A stretch of DNA of 64,000 bases from Gammaproteobacteria bacterium (lineage in GTDB: Bacteria; Pseudomonadota; Gammaproteobacteria; SG8-11): the NCBI GenBank assembly GCA_024641505.1, contig JAHECY010000007.1:7250-71249 (forward strand). Reading direction: 5' to 3'. Below are positions 40,652 to 51,812 of this stretch, one piece after another; position 1 is the stretch's first letter, and every line of letters starts with the position of its first letter. A model generated the notes under the pieces. It saw only the letters and a program-made list of their open reading frames with translations. It was not told where the DNA came from and made no database searches. Both the position numbers and the translations under genes were made by a program.

Positions 40652-40884
40652 AGCTAAATTATCCTCCCAAAATTATCACCAGCATCACGCTGCGGACGGT
40701 ATTCTATTGAAATCTCTGGCCTAATGCCAGAAATAAGCACAGCAAAGTTTAATGGCTGCGCCATGCTTAACCAATCTTGGTGGGCCCTTACGGGACGACC
40801 GTTATATTTTCAATAGCTTACCGTACTCGCAACAACATAAAATAAACTCCAATTCGTTTGATATAACAACACGTGATAAAATGT

Positions 40885-41628
40885 TTAATTCATATACATT
40901 CCACCATTTACATTCAGGTTTTGGCCGGTGATATACGCCGCTCCCGGCGATGCCAAGAAAGCCACGGCGGCGGCGATTTCCTCGGGTCGACCAAGACGGT
41001 TCAGCGGAATCATTTGCAACAAACCCAGCTTATGCTCTTCCGCCAGGGACCGCGTCATATCGGTATCGATGAATCCGGGCGCAACCGTATTCACGGTAAT
41101 ATTGCGCGATGCCACTTCCCGGGCCAATGACTTGCTGAATCCCAGAATCCCGGCCTTGGCGGCCGCGTAATTAGTCTGACCTGCGTTACCGGAAACGCCC
41201 ACCACGGAGGTTATGCTGATAATCCTGCCTTTGCGCGCCTTGGTCATGCCGCGTAGACACGCTTTGGACAAGCGATATACAGAACTCAAATTGGTATTGA
41301 TGATGGCATTCCATTCGTCGTCCGACATGCGCATCAGCAAATTATCACGGGTAATCCCCGCATTGTTTACCAAGATAGAGGGATATCCAAATTCTGTCTG
41401 AATTTTGTTCATGACGGCATCTACGGAACTCTGATCCGACACATCCAGTGCCATCCCGGTACCCTTGATTTTGTGTTCTTCCAAATAATGGCTGATGGCT
41501 TCGGCGCCACTGGCGGACGTGGCGGTACCAATGACGGTAGCCCCCATGTTACCCAGTCGTAATGCACATGCCTGGCCAATGCCGCGGCTGGCGCCGGTTA
41601 CCAGAGCGATTTCACCTTGTAGCTCCAT
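40885..41628 (-). CDS. fabG: 3-oxoacyl-ACP reductase
   Basis: TGASRGIG, NNAGITRD, YAAAK. Confidence 0.96.
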   Translation of the reverse strand: MELQGEIALVTGASRGIGQACALRLGNMGATVIGTATSASGAEAISHYLEEHKIKGTGMALDVSDQSSVDAVMNKIQTEFGYPSILVNNAGITRDNLLMRMSDDEWNAIINTNLSSVYRLSKACLRGMTKARKGRIISITSVVGVSGNAGQTNYAAAKAGILGFSKSLAREVASRNITVNTVAPGFIDTDMTRSLAEEHKLGLLQMIPLNRLGRPEEIAAAVAFLASPGAAYITGQNLNVNGGMYMN

Positions 41629-42590
41629 TATGCTCCTCCTGTGGTCGTCAATGTTTTGTCCAGACTGGCCGGATCATAGACAGTTTCCGTACCGATATCC
41701 TTAGTGATGCGCTTGGCCAAGCCGATAAGCACTTTGCCCGGACCGCATTCCACCAAGGTCTTGATGCCATGACCCGCCATGTATTGCACAGATTCCACCC
41801 AACGCACCGGATTGTGCAGTTGGCGCACCAGGGCTTCCTTGATCTGTTCCGGATCCCGGGTAGCAGCGACATCAACATTGTTAATCACGTCGATAGCCGG
41901 TGCCGACACGGCAATTTGCGCCAATCGTTGGCGCAGCTTATGCGCGGCTGGCAACATCAAGGCACAGTGTGAAGGAACGCTGACCGGTAATAGCATCGCG
42001 CGCTTGGCACCCAGCTCATTGGCCACGACCATGGCTCTCTCCACTGCCGCTTTATCGCCGGCAATCACCACCTGTCCAACGGAATTGAAATTGACGGCGG
42101 CAACCACCTCGCCTTGCGCAGCCCGGTCGCACGCATCAACCACCTGACTGTCGTCCAAACCCAAAATCGCCGCCATGGCGCCCTGTCCCTCCGGCACCGC
42201 TTCCTGCATGAAGCGGCCCCGATCCGCGACCAGGCTTACCGCATCGGCAAAACCCATGGCACCGGCGCACACCAGGGCGGAATATTCTCCAAGACTGTGT
42301 CCCGCCATCATGGCCGGCTGCACACCGTTACGGGCTTGCCAAACCCGCCATACCGCGACACCTGCGGCAAGCATAGCGGGCTGAGTGATGTACGTCTTAT
42401 TCAGTTCAGTGTCCGGACCCGTTTGTACGAGGTGCCACAGGTCGTAGCCCAGCACCTGCGATGCTTCCTCAAAAGTTGCCCGTACCTGCGGGAAACCCTG
42501 CGCCAGGTCCTTGAGCATACCCACCGATTGCGAACCCTGCCCCGGAAATACGAAGGCGACAGTGGCAGAAGGAGTCGAAGCATTTGTCAT
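41628..42590 (-). CDS. fabD: Malonyl-CoA:ACP transacylase
   Basis: FPGQGSQ, GHSLGE, VPSH. Confidence 0.96.
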   Translation of the reverse strand: MTNASTPSATVAFVFPGQGSQSVGMLKDLAQGFPQVRATFEEASQVLGYDLWHLVQTGPDTELNKTYITQPAMLAAGVAVWRVWQARNGVQPAMMAGHSLGEYSALVCAGAMGFADAVSLVADRGRFMQEAVPEGQGAMAAILGLDDSQVVDACDRAAQGEVVAAVNFNSVGQVVIAGDKAAVERAMVVANELGAKRAMLLPVSVPSHCALMLPAAHKLRQRLAQIAVSAPAIDVINNVDVAATRDPEQIKEALVRQLHNPVRWVESVQYMAGHGIKTLVECGPGKVLIGLAKRITKDIGTETVYDPASLDKTLTTTGGA

Positions 42591-42822
42591 GATTTTACTA
42601 CCTAACAATAGAGATTAACTCGCGCCAAGACACGCAGCGCGCATCATCCTGGCAAAATTCATGATTCAGGAACGCGCGGCACGTTGTTGATACCAACATG
42701 CACCATATTGGTATGTCGATCCGCACTGGAGTTTCGCTGGAGATCGTCCCTGACAGCTTTGGGTCCTGGCGAGAGAATGTATTTTTGGTATTAACAGGCA
42801 CGATTTTACTCTTAACGATACT

Positions 42823-43791
42823 CTAGTACTGCAACAGTACCGCACCCCAAGTGAAGCCGCCGCCGAAGGCCTCCAGCAACAGCACATCATCCCGCTTGAT
42901 GCGGCCTTCACGGATCGCGACATCCAGCGCCAGGGGCACCGAAGCTGCGGACGTGTTGCCGTGCTCGTCCACCGTAACCACCACGTGGTCCATGCTCATT
43001 TTGAGTTTCTTGGCAGTGGCGGTGATAATCCGGATATTGGCCTGATGCGGTACCAGCCAATCGATATCGGATTTCCTGATTTTATTAGCTTCCAGGGTTT
43101 CATCGACAATACGACCGAGAGTGTTGACGGCAACCTTGAAGACTTCGTTGCCCTGCATGGTCATGAAGGCGCTCCCGTTGATCACCTTGTCGTATCCCTG
43201 AGAGATACCGGCTGGCACGGTGAGTAAATCCTTATAGGAACCATCCGCGTGAATATGCGTGGATAATACCCCCGGACTGTTACTTGCTTCCATGATGACG
43301 GCGCCGGCACCGTCACCGAACAATACACAGGTACCGCGGTCGGTCCAGTCGATAATGCGGGACAAGGTCTCAGCACCAATCACCAGCGCGCGCTTAGTCC
43401 CACCGGACTTGATGAATTTATCCGCCACCGTCATGGCGTAGATAAAACCGGTACATACCGCCTGCACATCAAACGCCGCGCAACCGTGAATATCCAGGCG
43501 CTCCTGCAGCAGGCAGGCGGTACTGGGAAACACCCGATCCGGGGTGGTAGTGGCGACGATAATCAAATCAATCGTCTGGGGATCGATACCGGCGGCATCA
43601 ATCGCGGCCCGCGCCGCTTTCTCCGCCAGATCGCATGTAGTTTCATTTTCGCCGGCGATATGCCGTTTTTTGATACCGGTACGTTCGGTGATCCACTCAT
43701 CGGTGGTGTCCACCATTTTTTCCAAGTCGTGATTGGTGAGGATCTTCTCGGGAAGATAACCACCCGTACCTGTGATGCGTGAATATATCAC
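42823..43791 (-). CDS. fabH: Beta-ketoacyl-ACP synthase III
   Basis: AVCTGF, HQAN, GNTSAAS. Confidence 0.96.
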   Translation of the reverse strand: MIYSRITGTGGYLPEKILTNHDLEKMVDTTDEWITERTGIKKRHIAGENETTCDLAEKAARAAIDAAGIDPQTIDLIIVATTTPDRVFPSTACLLQERLDIHGCAAFDVQAVCTGFIYAMTVADKFIKSGGTKRALVIGAETLSRIIDWTDRGTCVLFGDGAGAVIMEASNSPGVLSTHIHADGSYKDLLTVPAGISQGYDKVINGSAFMTMQGNEVFKVAVNTLGRIVDETLEANKIRKSDIDWLVPHQANIRIITATAKKLKMSMDHVVVTVDEHGNTSAASVPLALDVAIREGRIKRDDVLLLEAFGGGFTWGAVLLQY

Positions 43792-44819
43792 CCGACCCGC
43801 CTTTGTTTTAACAAATGTTCCATTTGCGCGTGGATGCGTCCTGGCACGTTCTTTTCCACTTCCAGGATGGCCTCTTCGATACTGTATTCAAACGCCAGCG
43901 CGTCAGCGCCACCGTGACTCTTGATGACAATACCGTTGAGACCCACCAGACTGGCGCCATTGTAACGCCGGGGATCCACCCGTTTGCGAAATGCTTTGAG
44001 CACCGGCATGGCAACCCAGGCCGCTAATTTGGTAAAAATATTGCGAGTGAACTCCTGTTTCAGGAAATACACCATCATCGAAGCGACGCCTTCGGTGGTT
44101 TTCAGGGCCACATTGCCCACAAAACCGTCACACACCACAACATCTGCGGCGCCCTTGTAGATATCGTCACCCTCGATGTAGCCGATATAGTTGAGCGGGC
44201 TGCCCGCCAGTAACAATGCCGCTTCCTTCACCTGTTCATTACCCTTGATTTCCTCTTCGCCGATGTTGAGCAGGGCCACGGTAGGTCGGTCCATGCTGTC
44301 CACGGCACTGCTCAGGCCTGAGCCCATGATGGCAAACTGGAATAAGTGTTCCGCTGAGGAGTCAACGTTGGCACCCAAATCCAGGACGTGGGTATGGCCA
44401 TCTTTCATGGTGGGCAAGGTTTTGAGAATGGCGGGGCGATCGATCCCAGGCAATGTTTTCAATACAAAACGGGCGGTGGCCATTAAGGCACCGGTGTTGC
44501 CGGCGCTTACGCACGCCTGAGCCGTACCCTCTTTAACCATATTGATGGCGACACGCATGGACGAATCTTTCTTGTTGCGCAGCGCCAGTGAAGGCGATTC
44601 GTCCATTTCCACTTTCTGCGAGGCATGATGGATGCTGATCTGGGGTCCCACTTTCCCGCCATGTTGTCGCAACGTGGCGCCAAGCACCTCCTGATCACCA
44701 ACAAGCGCGAGCTTGAGATTCTGGTGTTTACGAATGACGCTGAGTGCGGCGGGGATAACAACGTCGGGACCGTAGTCCCCCCCCATGGCATCAAGCGCTA
44801 CAGTAACTTCCTGGGTCAT
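43788..44819 (-). CDS. plsX: Phosphate acyltransferase PlsX
   Basis: DAMGGD, SAGNTGA, DGFVGN, KSHG. Confidence 0.96.
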   Translation of the reverse strand: MTQEVTVALDAMGGDYGPDVVIPAALSVIRKHQNLKLALVGDQEVLGATLRQHGGKVGPQISIHHASQKVEMDESPSLALRNKKDSSMRVAINMVKEGTAQACVSAGNTGALMATARFVLKTLPGIDRPAILKTLPTMKDGHTHVLDLGANVDSSAEHLFQFAIMGSGLSSAVDSMDRPTVALLNIGEEEIKGNEQVKEAALLLAGSPLNYIGYIEGDDIYKGAADVVVCDGFVGNVALKTTEGVASMMVYFLKQEFTRNIFTKLAAWVAMPVLKAFRKRVDPRRYNGASLVGLNGIVIKSHGGADALAFEYSIEEAILEVEKNVPGRIHAQMEHLLKQRRVG

Positions 44820-44979
44820 GCTGATTGGCAAGCTCGTTCGGCCTGCGTCAGATACACTACCGGCAGGCAAATGTTTTTTTTATCACCAAATGACATGGCG
44901 CCGACTGCTGTATTTTTGTTAAAGAACAGCGGCGCAATGCCAACGATAATGTCGTGTAAGAAAATTCGTCGGGTGACGA

Positions 44980-45159
44980 TTACTCGTTACCCGTTTGAAT
45001 TACTTTACGTCCACGGTAATAACCATCCGGCGATACGTGGTGCCGCAAGTGGGTTTCCCCCGTGGTTGGCTCAATAGACAATGTGCTCTTGGCAAGCTTA
45101 TCGTGTGCACGACGCATATCGCGCTTGGATGAGCTCTTACGGTTTTGTTGGACTGCCAT
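44980..45159 (-). CDS. rpmF: 50S ribosomal protein L32 (59 aa; absent from the ORF track)
   Basis: [20 protein letters not shown]...[20 protein letters not shown]. Confidence 0.96.
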   Translation of the reverse strand: MAVQQNRKSSSKRDMRRAHDKLAKSTLSIEPTTGETHLRHHVSPDGYYRGRKVIQTGNE

Positions 45160-45191
45160 AAAACTGACTCCTGACTCTTATCAATTGATTA

Positions 45192-45710
45192 CTATGTTTT
45201 CTTCAGACTCTTCAATACGGCGAAAGGATTTGGTTTGGTCTCCGTATCCACCTCCACGCTATCCATCCCTGTCGCGGCCACCACCAGTCTGCAATCGCCC
45301 GGCGCGTGCGTCGCGACGATCGGCAGGGACAACAGAATCTCATCCTCAATAATACTGGCCAACGCAATCGGGCTCTCGGTGACCAGTAGTGGTTCATATT
45401 CCTCGGACAGACGATTCATCTGGTATTCATTTTTTACCAGACCCAGCAAAAATCGGGAATCGATGTCCTGCACCATGGGTTCCAGGCACCTTTGACACAT
45501 CATGGTAAGGCTTCCGGAAAGGCTTCCTTGCACCATTGGCTGGCGCAATTCGTCGAGACCGAATTCAAGCGTTACCTGAATCTCGCCTGTAGTATCGCGT
45601 AATGATGGCGCTAGTCGAGTCAAGGTCTTGATTGCTATGGGCCCTTCAAGACGCTCCCCTTTACTGGCCAACTGGAACGGATCAATCGTGACCGGCAACC
45701 GTGTGTGCAT
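45192..45710 (-). CDS. yceD: YceD/DUF177 protein
   Basis: CQRCL, EDEILLSLP, NPFAVL; upstream of rpmF. Confidence 0.93.
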   Translation of the reverse strand: MHTRLPVTIDPFQLASKGERLEGPIAIKTLTRLAPSLRDTTGEIQVTLEFGLDELRQPMVQGSLSGSLTMMCQRCLEPMVQDIDSRFLLGLVKNEYQMNRLSEEYEPLLVTESPIALASIIEDEILLSLPIVATHAPGDCRLVVAATGMDSVEVDTETKPNPFAVLKSLKKT

Positions 45711-45889
45711 AAGCGGGCCATAATATAGGCTGAATCTCTAACTGTCAAAATTAATTCCAGTGAAAACGGGAGGTTCCGGCCTTTTCCCGACAAATGTCCT
45801 GGCTTGACACTGGAGGACATTTTAGTAATAGTCCCACAGCCAAGTCTCTGAACCTACACTAAAAAACATCATGAAAATAAGGGACCGGA

Positions 45890-47311
45890 ATGGAGATTAA
45901 AAAAATACTCATCGCGAATCGTGGTGAAATCGCCGTTCGCATTGTCCGGGCCTGTGCTGAAATGGGCATTAAATCGGCAGCCATCTATGCCGAAGCGGAT
46001 CGGCATGCTCTGCATGTCAAGAAAGCCAACCAGGCTTTCAGTGTGGGACCTGACACCATCTCCGGATACCTTAACGCCCACCGCATCGTCAACCTGGCGG
46101 TGGCCACCAATTGCGATGCCTTACATCCCGGTTACGGTTTTCTTTCCGAAAATCCGCAGCTGGCCGAGATCTGCGCCCGTCGGGGAGTGAAGTTTATCGG
46201 CCCAAGCGCCCAGGTGATTCATCGCATGGGCGATAAGATTGAAGCCCGTACCGCCATGATGGAAGCCGGGGTCCCGGTGGTACCTGGCAGCGTCGGCAAT
46301 GTGGAATCCCTGGAGGCCGCCGTCAGCTGCGCGCATGATATCGGTTATCCCGTCATGTTGAAGGCGACTTCGGGTGGTGGTGGTCGCGGCATTCGACGCT
46401 GTGAAAATGAGCGCGATCTGCGTCGCAATTATGATCGGGTCATCTCCGAAGCCACCAAGGCGTTTGGCAGTGCCAACGTATTTTTGGAAAAATGCATCGT
46501 TAATCCCCGGCACATTGAAGTACAGATCCTGGGCGACAGTCACGGTAATGTGGTGCATCTATTCGAGCGTGATTGTTCCATCCAACGCCGGCATCAAAAA
46601 TTACTGGAGATCGCGCCCTCCCCCCAACTTACCGAAGAACAACGCAAGTACATCGGTAAACTAGCGGTCAAAGCGGCTAAAAATGTCGGCTATGAAAACG
46701 CCGGTACCGTGGAGTTTCTGCTGGATCAAAGTGGTGAATTCTATTTCATGGAAATGAACACACGTCTGCAGGTGGAACATTGCGTTACCGAAGAAATCAC
46801 CGGTATCGACGTCGTGCAGGAACAAATACGAATCGCCGCCGGCCATCCCCTGCGCTACAAACAAAAAGACATCACGCGGCGCGGTTTCGCCATGGAATTT
46901 CGCATCAATGCCGAAGATCCCAAGAACGATTTCCTGCCCAGTTATGGACGCATCACTCGCTACTTCGCACCAGGCGGCCCCGGGGTACGCACGGACAGCG
47001 CTATTTATACCGGCTATGAAATTCCACCGTATTATGATTCCATGTGCGCCAAACTTACGGTATGGGCGTTGACCTGGGATCAGCTTCTGGATCGCGCCCG
47101 ACGTGCACTGGGCGACATGGGCGTTTATGGAGTAAAGACCACCATCCCCTATTACCTTGAAATCCTCCGGTCACCGGAATTTCAACGAGCCAATTTTGAC
47201 ACCAGCTTTGTGGAAAAACATCCGGAGTTGGTAAATTACTCCGTTCGTCATCCCATGAGCGACCTGGCCGCCGCCATTGGCGCCGCCCTCGCCGCCCATA
47301 CCGGTTTATAA
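45890..47311 (+). CDS. pycA: Biotin carboxylase subunit (pyruvate carboxylase subunit A-like)
   Basis: IANRGEIA, HPGYGFLSE, GGGGRGIR, EMNTRLQVEH. Confidence 0.8.
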   Translation: MEIKKILIANRGEIAVRIVRACAEMGIKSAAIYAEADRHALHVKKANQAFSVGPDTISGYLNAHRIVNLAVATNCDALHPGYGFLSENPQLAEICARRGVKFIGPSAQVIHRMGDKIEARTAMMEAGVPVVPGSVGNVESLEAAVSCAHDIGYPVMLKATSGGGGRGIRRCENERDLRRNYDRVISEATKAFGSANVFLEKCIVNPRHIEVQILGDSHGNVVHLFERDCSIQRRHQKLLEIAPSPQLTEEQRKYIGKLAVKAAKNVGYENAGTVEFLLDQSGEFYFMEMNTRLQVEHCVTEEITGIDVVQEQIRIAAGHPLRYKQKDITRRGFAMEFRINAEDPKNDFLPSYGRITRYFAPGGPGVRTDSAIYTGYEIPPYYDSMCAKLTVWALTWDQLLDRARRALGDMGVYGVKTTIPYYLEILRSPEFQRANFDTSFVEKHPELVNYSVRHPMSDLAAAIGAALAAHTGL

Positions 47312-47338
47312 CTGGATCACGCTAAGGACGCAGATATT

Positions 47339-49159
47339 ATGCCCAAGGTTCACATCACCGACACCGTATTACGGGATGGCCACCAGTCGCTAATCGCTAC
47401 CCGGATGCGTCTGGCGGATATGTTACCGATATGCGACCGGCTGGACCGTATCGGATTTTGGTCGCTGGAGGTGTGGGGAGGCGCGACATTTGATGCCTGC
47501 GTACGTTTTCTCAAGGAAGACCCCTGGGAACGTTTGCGCCAACTGCGCCAGGCACTGCCGAAAACCCGCCTGCAAATGCTGTTGAGAGGTCAAAATCTCC
47601 TGGGATACCGCCACTATCCCGACGACGTAGTACAGGCCTTCGTGCAGAAGACGGCGAGCAATGGCATCGACGTGTTTCGCATCTTTGACGCCTTGAACGA
47701 TTTTCGGAATATCCGCGTTTCCGTGGAAGCGGTGAAACAAGCGGGCAAACACGCCCAAGGCGCCATTTGTTATACCACCAGCCCGGTCCATGATCTCGAT
47801 TCGTTCATTCGCATGGCCAAAGAATTGGAGGCAATGGGCTGTGACAGCGTTGCCATCAAGGACATGGCGGGCCTGCTCACTCCAATGGCCACTGCGGAAC
47901 TGGTAAAATGCCTGGTCGCCGCGGTTTCGATTCCAATTCATCTGCACTCGCATGCGACGGCGGGTCTGGCCGCCATGTGCCAGATCAAAGCCGTCGAAAA
48001 TGGTTGTCACCACGTCGATACCTGCATTTCCTCATTTGCCGGCGGCACCAGTCATCCACCGACGGAGAGCATGGTCGCGGCGCTGCGCCATACGGATTAC
48101 GATACCGGTCTGGATCTGGAATTGCTGCAGGAGATCGGATTCTATTTTCGGGAAGTACGCAAAAAATATCATCAATTCGAAAGTGACTTCACCGGCATCG
48201 ACACCCGGGTGCAGATCAATCAGGTTCCGGGGGGCATGATGTCCAATCTGTCCAATCAATTGCGGGAACAGGGCGCCCTCGGCAAGATGAACGAAGTGCT
48301 GCAGGAAATACCTAAGGTGCGAGAGGATCTGGGATTTCCACCGCTGGTAACGCCTACCTCGCAGATCGTCGGCACTCAGGCGGTATTGAATGTGCTCACC
48401 GATACCCGCTACAAGAACATTACCAACGAGGTAAAATTTTATCTGCAAGGCCGGTACGGCAAACCACCGGGCGAGGTCAACTCCATCGTGCGCCAGCAAG
48501 CCATTGGTAATCTGGATGTTATCGACTGCCGGCCTGCGGATCTGCTGGAAGCGGAAATGGATAAATTGACAGATGCCATTGGCAACAAAGCCAAATCCGC
48601 GGAAGACGTGCTGACCTATGCCATGTTTCCGGAAATTGGCAAGGAGTTCCTTGAGCAACGCAACAACAACGCGCTGGTTCCGGAGACGCTGGAGCCGTTA
48701 TCCCAAGGCGACGACAAATTCTGTGCCGTGGCCACGGAGTTCAACGTGACCCTGCACGGCGAGAGTTACCATATCAAGGTCACAGGTACCGGCCATAAAA
48801 CCAAGGATAAGCGGCCGTTTTACGTATCGGTGGACGGGGTACCGGAAGAGATCCTGGTGGAAACGCTCGATCAACTGATCGAAGGGGAAGCCACGCCCGG
48901 CGGCCGTACCGGCGCGAAAGGCAGTAAGCGCCCGCGTGCGACTTCGCCGGGACATGTCACCACGTCCATGCCAGGAGTCATCGTCGACGTGCTGGTCAAG
49001 ATCGGCGATGTAGTCAGCGCCGGTGATCCGGTGCTGGTCACCGAAGCGATGAAGATGGAAACGGAAGTACAGGCGCCCATTTCCGGCAAGATCATCATGG
49101 TGCACGTACAGAAAGGCGAAACCGTCAATCCCGACGAAGCCTTGATAGAAATCGAATGA
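47339..49159 (+). CDS. pycB: Carboxyltransferase + biotinyl subunit (pyruvate carboxylase subunit B / OadA-like)
   Basis: RDGHQSL, EVWGGATFD, IKDMAG, HSH, EAMKM. Confidence 0.8.
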   Translation: MPKVHITDTVLRDGHQSLIATRMRLADMLPICDRLDRIGFWSLEVWGGATFDACVRFLKEDPWERLRQLRQALPKTRLQMLLRGQNLLGYRHYPDDVVQAFVQKTASNGIDVFRIFDALNDFRNIRVSVEAVKQAGKHAQGAICYTTSPVHDLDSFIRMAKELEAMGCDSVAIKDMAGLLTPMATAELVKCLVAAVSIPIHLHSHATAGLAAMCQIKAVENGCHHVDTCISSFAGGTSHPPTESMVAALRHTDYDTGLDLELLQEIGFYFREVRKKYHQFESDFTGIDTRVQINQVPGGMMSNLSNQLREQGALGKMNEVLQEIPKVREDLGFPPLVTPTSQIVGTQAVLNVLTDTRYKNITNEVKFYLQGRYGKPPGEVNSIVRQQAIGNLDVIDCRPADLLEAEMDKLTDAIGNKAKSAEDVLTYAMFPEIGKEFLEQRNNNALVPETLEPLSQGDDKFCAVATEFNVTLHGESYHIKVTGTGHKTKDKRPFYVSVDGVPEEILVETLDQLIEGEATPGGRTGAKGSKRPRATSPGHVTTSMPGVIVDVLVKIGDVVSAGDPVLVTEAMKMETEVQAPISGKIIMVHVQKGETVNPDEALIEIE

Positions 49160-49187
49160 CTGCGCAAAACGCCAAACTGCATACCTT

Positions 49188-49763
49188 ATGCAATTGATAC
49201 TAGCTTCCACCTCCCGCTACCGCAAGGAATTGCTTTCACGATTAGGATTGACCTTCACCTGCGTAGCGCCGGATGTGGATGAATCCCGGCTGGCGGGAGA
49301 AGATGCGCCGACACTGGTCGCCAGATTGGCCCGCGCCAAAGCGCAGGTGGTGGCCGACCGGAGTCCGGACTGTGTGGTGATAGGCTCCGATCAGGTGGCC
49401 GCGTCCGGCACCATGATTCTGAGCAAGTCCGGTAGCCATGAAAATGCCCGGCGCCAATTAGCCGCCGTATCTGGCAAGCAAGTGGTGTTCTACACGGGGC
49501 TGTGTGTCATCAATACCCGCACCGGGGAGGTGCAAACGGCAACCGTGCCGTTCACCGTGACGTTTCGCCCGCTGAACGACAGCCAAATCGAAAACTATCT
49601 GCGCCGGGACCTGCCGTATGATTGCGCGGGCAGTTTCAAATCGGAAGGTCTGGGAATCGTTTTATTTGAGAAGATGCAGGGTGATGACCCCAGCGCGCTC
49701 ATTGGCCTGCCGCTCATCACCCTGACCACCATGCTTACCCGAACCGGTATCGCCGTTATTTAA
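49188..49763 (+). CDS. maf: Maf-family nucleoside triphosphate pyrophosphatase (YceF-like)
   Basis: LILASTSRYR, IGSDQ, CAGSFKSEGLG. Confidence 0.93.
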   Translation: MQLILASTSRYRKELLSRLGLTFTCVAPDVDESRLAGEDAPTLVARLARAKAQVVADRSPDCVVIGSDQVAASGTMILSKSGSHENARRQLAAVSGKQVVFYTGLCVINTRTGEVQTATVPFTVTFRPLNDSQIENYLRRDLPYDCAGSFKSEGLGIVLFEKMQGDDPSALIGLPLITLTTMLTRTGIAVI

Positions 49764-50913
49764 TGGTCGCGCTGTTCAAACCCAGCACCGAGACAACCAC
49801 GTTGGCCATGGCCATGCCCAAGCGCTCGGCAAACCGATCGAGATAATTGGGACGTGGAGTGAAATCCACGATATCCTCCTGGCCGATAATCTCGCGCGCG
49901 ACATAACTGGTACTACCCAAGCCATCAATCAAACCCAGTTCCATACTCTGTTCCCCGGTCCAGACCAGACCGCTGAACAGCTCCGGCGTTTCTTTGAGAC
50001 GGCTGCCACGTCCGTCTTTGACGGTATCAATAAACTGCTGATGAATATTCGCGAGCATGTTTTTCACATGCATCACATCTTCTTCTTTCAGTGCGGAGAA
50101 TGGATCCAGAAATCCCTTGTTGGCGCCCGCCGTGAGCAACCGACGCTCGATACCCAATTTTTTCATGCCTTCGGTAAACCCAAAGCCATCCATCAGTACG
50201 CCGATAGAACCCACCATGCTGGCTTTATCCGCATATATCTCGTCGGCGGCGGCGGCAATGTAATATCCACCGGAAGCGCAAATGTCGACAATCACCGCGT
50301 ACAGGGGAATATTCTGATATTTCTCACGCAGGCGTACAATTTCATCATTAACATACCCTGCCTGCACCGGGCTGCCCCCGGGGCTATTGATGCGCAAGAT
50401 GATACCCACGGTATTCTTGTCCTTGAACGCTGCGCGTAAGCCACCAATGATCACATCAGCGCTGGCTTGGCTGTCTTCCGCGATTACTCCCTGGATGTCA
50501 ATGAGGGCGGTATGTTTTCCATGTTTCAGGCCATCGCCACCCATGTCATTGGGCAGATAAAAGAACAATGCCAGAAGATAAATCAAAAATGCAGCTTTAA
50601 AGAAGATGCTCCACCGCCGGCTGCGTTGCTGTTCCTTAATAGCGGCAAACAACAACTTATCGATGGTTTCCCGTTCCCATTCCGCATCGCTTTTGGAACC
50701 GCGCCAACCGAACGTCCGGCGCGGCGGGGTAATGACCTTCTCCCCGGAATCATCAGTGTCATCCACCGCAGACGCCGTCTGGGCCTTGTCGGTCCATGGG
50801 TCAAAATCAGGGTTCTGCTCGCTGTTTAAGCCCGGTGACGATGCACCGTCACTGGACTGCATTGCGGGTTCTGAAGAATTCGGTTTGTTCTTTTCCAGAT
50901 CGTCATTGGACAT
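49756..50913 (-). CDS. sppA: S49 peptidase (SppA-like, short form)
   Basis: INSPGGS, CASGGYY, GSIGV; GAGG RBS before MSNDD. Confidence 0.88.
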   Translation of the reverse strand: MSNDDLEKNKPNSSEPAMQSSDGASSPGLNSEQNPDFDPWTDKAQTASAVDDTDDSGEKVITPPRRTFGWRGSKSDAEWERETIDKLLFAAIKEQQRSRRWSIFFKAAFLIYLLALFFYLPNDMGGDGLKHGKHTALIDIQGVIAEDSQASADVIIGGLRAAFKDKNTVGIILRINSPGGSPVQAGYVNDEIVRLREKYQNIPLYAVIVDICASGGYYIAAAADEIYADKASMVGSIGVLMDGFGFTEGMKKLGIERRLLTAGANKGFLDPFSALKEEDVMHVKNMLANIHQQFIDTVKDGRGSRLKETPELFSGLVWTGEQSMELGLIDGLGSTSYVAREIIGQEDIVDFTPRPNYLDRFAERLGMAMANVVVSVLGLNSATIK

Positions 50914-51164
50914 CTGCTGCCTCGCACACCTGTTGGCCATCTATAAATTTGGGAAATCAAGGCCCTGGTTGGCGCCCCTTGGGATCTTAACGTTTTGTTA
51001 ACTAAAAACTTTAGCGGGAACTGTAGCCGACATAATACACGTTTTGCAATAGGCTCGGTAAGCGTTATGTGCTTCATCAGCAGCGTGAGCGCCTCATGTT
51101 GATAACACAACCTGGTCAACAGACAATCGGCAGTGACCTATGAACTCCAGTTTGCTTATCAGAC

Positions 51165-51812
51165 TTAACCGGTCGCCAGGACATCCAACAATTGTTCGAG
51201 ACGATCGATAGAGGCAATTGGTCCATGACCCTGGAGGCGATGCGGTTCATGGACACCGTACGTTACGGCAACGGCAGCGACACCGGCATTGCTCGCCATC
51301 TGCATATCATACTCGGTGTCGCCGACCATCAGTGATTCCCGGGGATAGACACCTAACTCATCCATGATTTCCTCAAGCATCAAGGGATGCGGTTTTGACC
51401 GGGTCTCGTCGGCGCAGCGGGTACAATGAAATAAACGCCCTAATCCGGTCTCCAGCAGTACCTTATCCAAACCCCGGCGCCCCTTACCGGTAGCGACCGC
51501 CAGAAAATAATCCTGCTGCGCAAGCTGTTCCAGCGTCGCGCGCGCGCCATGAAACAATTCACTGGGCGTCTGGTCCGCCGTCAGAAAATGATAACGGTAG
51601 CGATCGACGAAGGCTTCCCGGAGGATTTCCGACAATCCCGGAAATAACATCTCCGTGGATTCGCGCAGGCCCAGGCCGATGACATTGCGAAATTGCGCAT
51701 TCTCGCGCTGTTCCAATTGCAGATCCAGGGTAGCCGCACGCAGACACGAAACAATGCGCGCCTCGGAATCCATCAAGGTTCCATCCCAATCGAACACCAC
51801 AAGTTTATACAT
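51165..51812 (-). CDS. HAD-IA hydrolase (phosphoglycolate phosphatase-like)
   Basis: FDWDGTL, SKPHP, MVGDTEYD. Confidence 0.9.
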   Translation of the reverse strand: MYKLVVFDWDGTLMDSEARIVSCLRAATLDLQLEQRENAQFRNVIGLGLRESTEMLFPGLSEILREAFVDRYRYHFLTADQTPSELFHGARATLEQLAQQDYFLAVATGKGRRGLDKVLLETGLGRLFHCTRCADETRSKPHPLMLEEIMDELGVYPRESLMVGDTEYDMQMASNAGVAAVAVTYGVHEPHRLQGHGPIASIDRLEQLLDVLATG

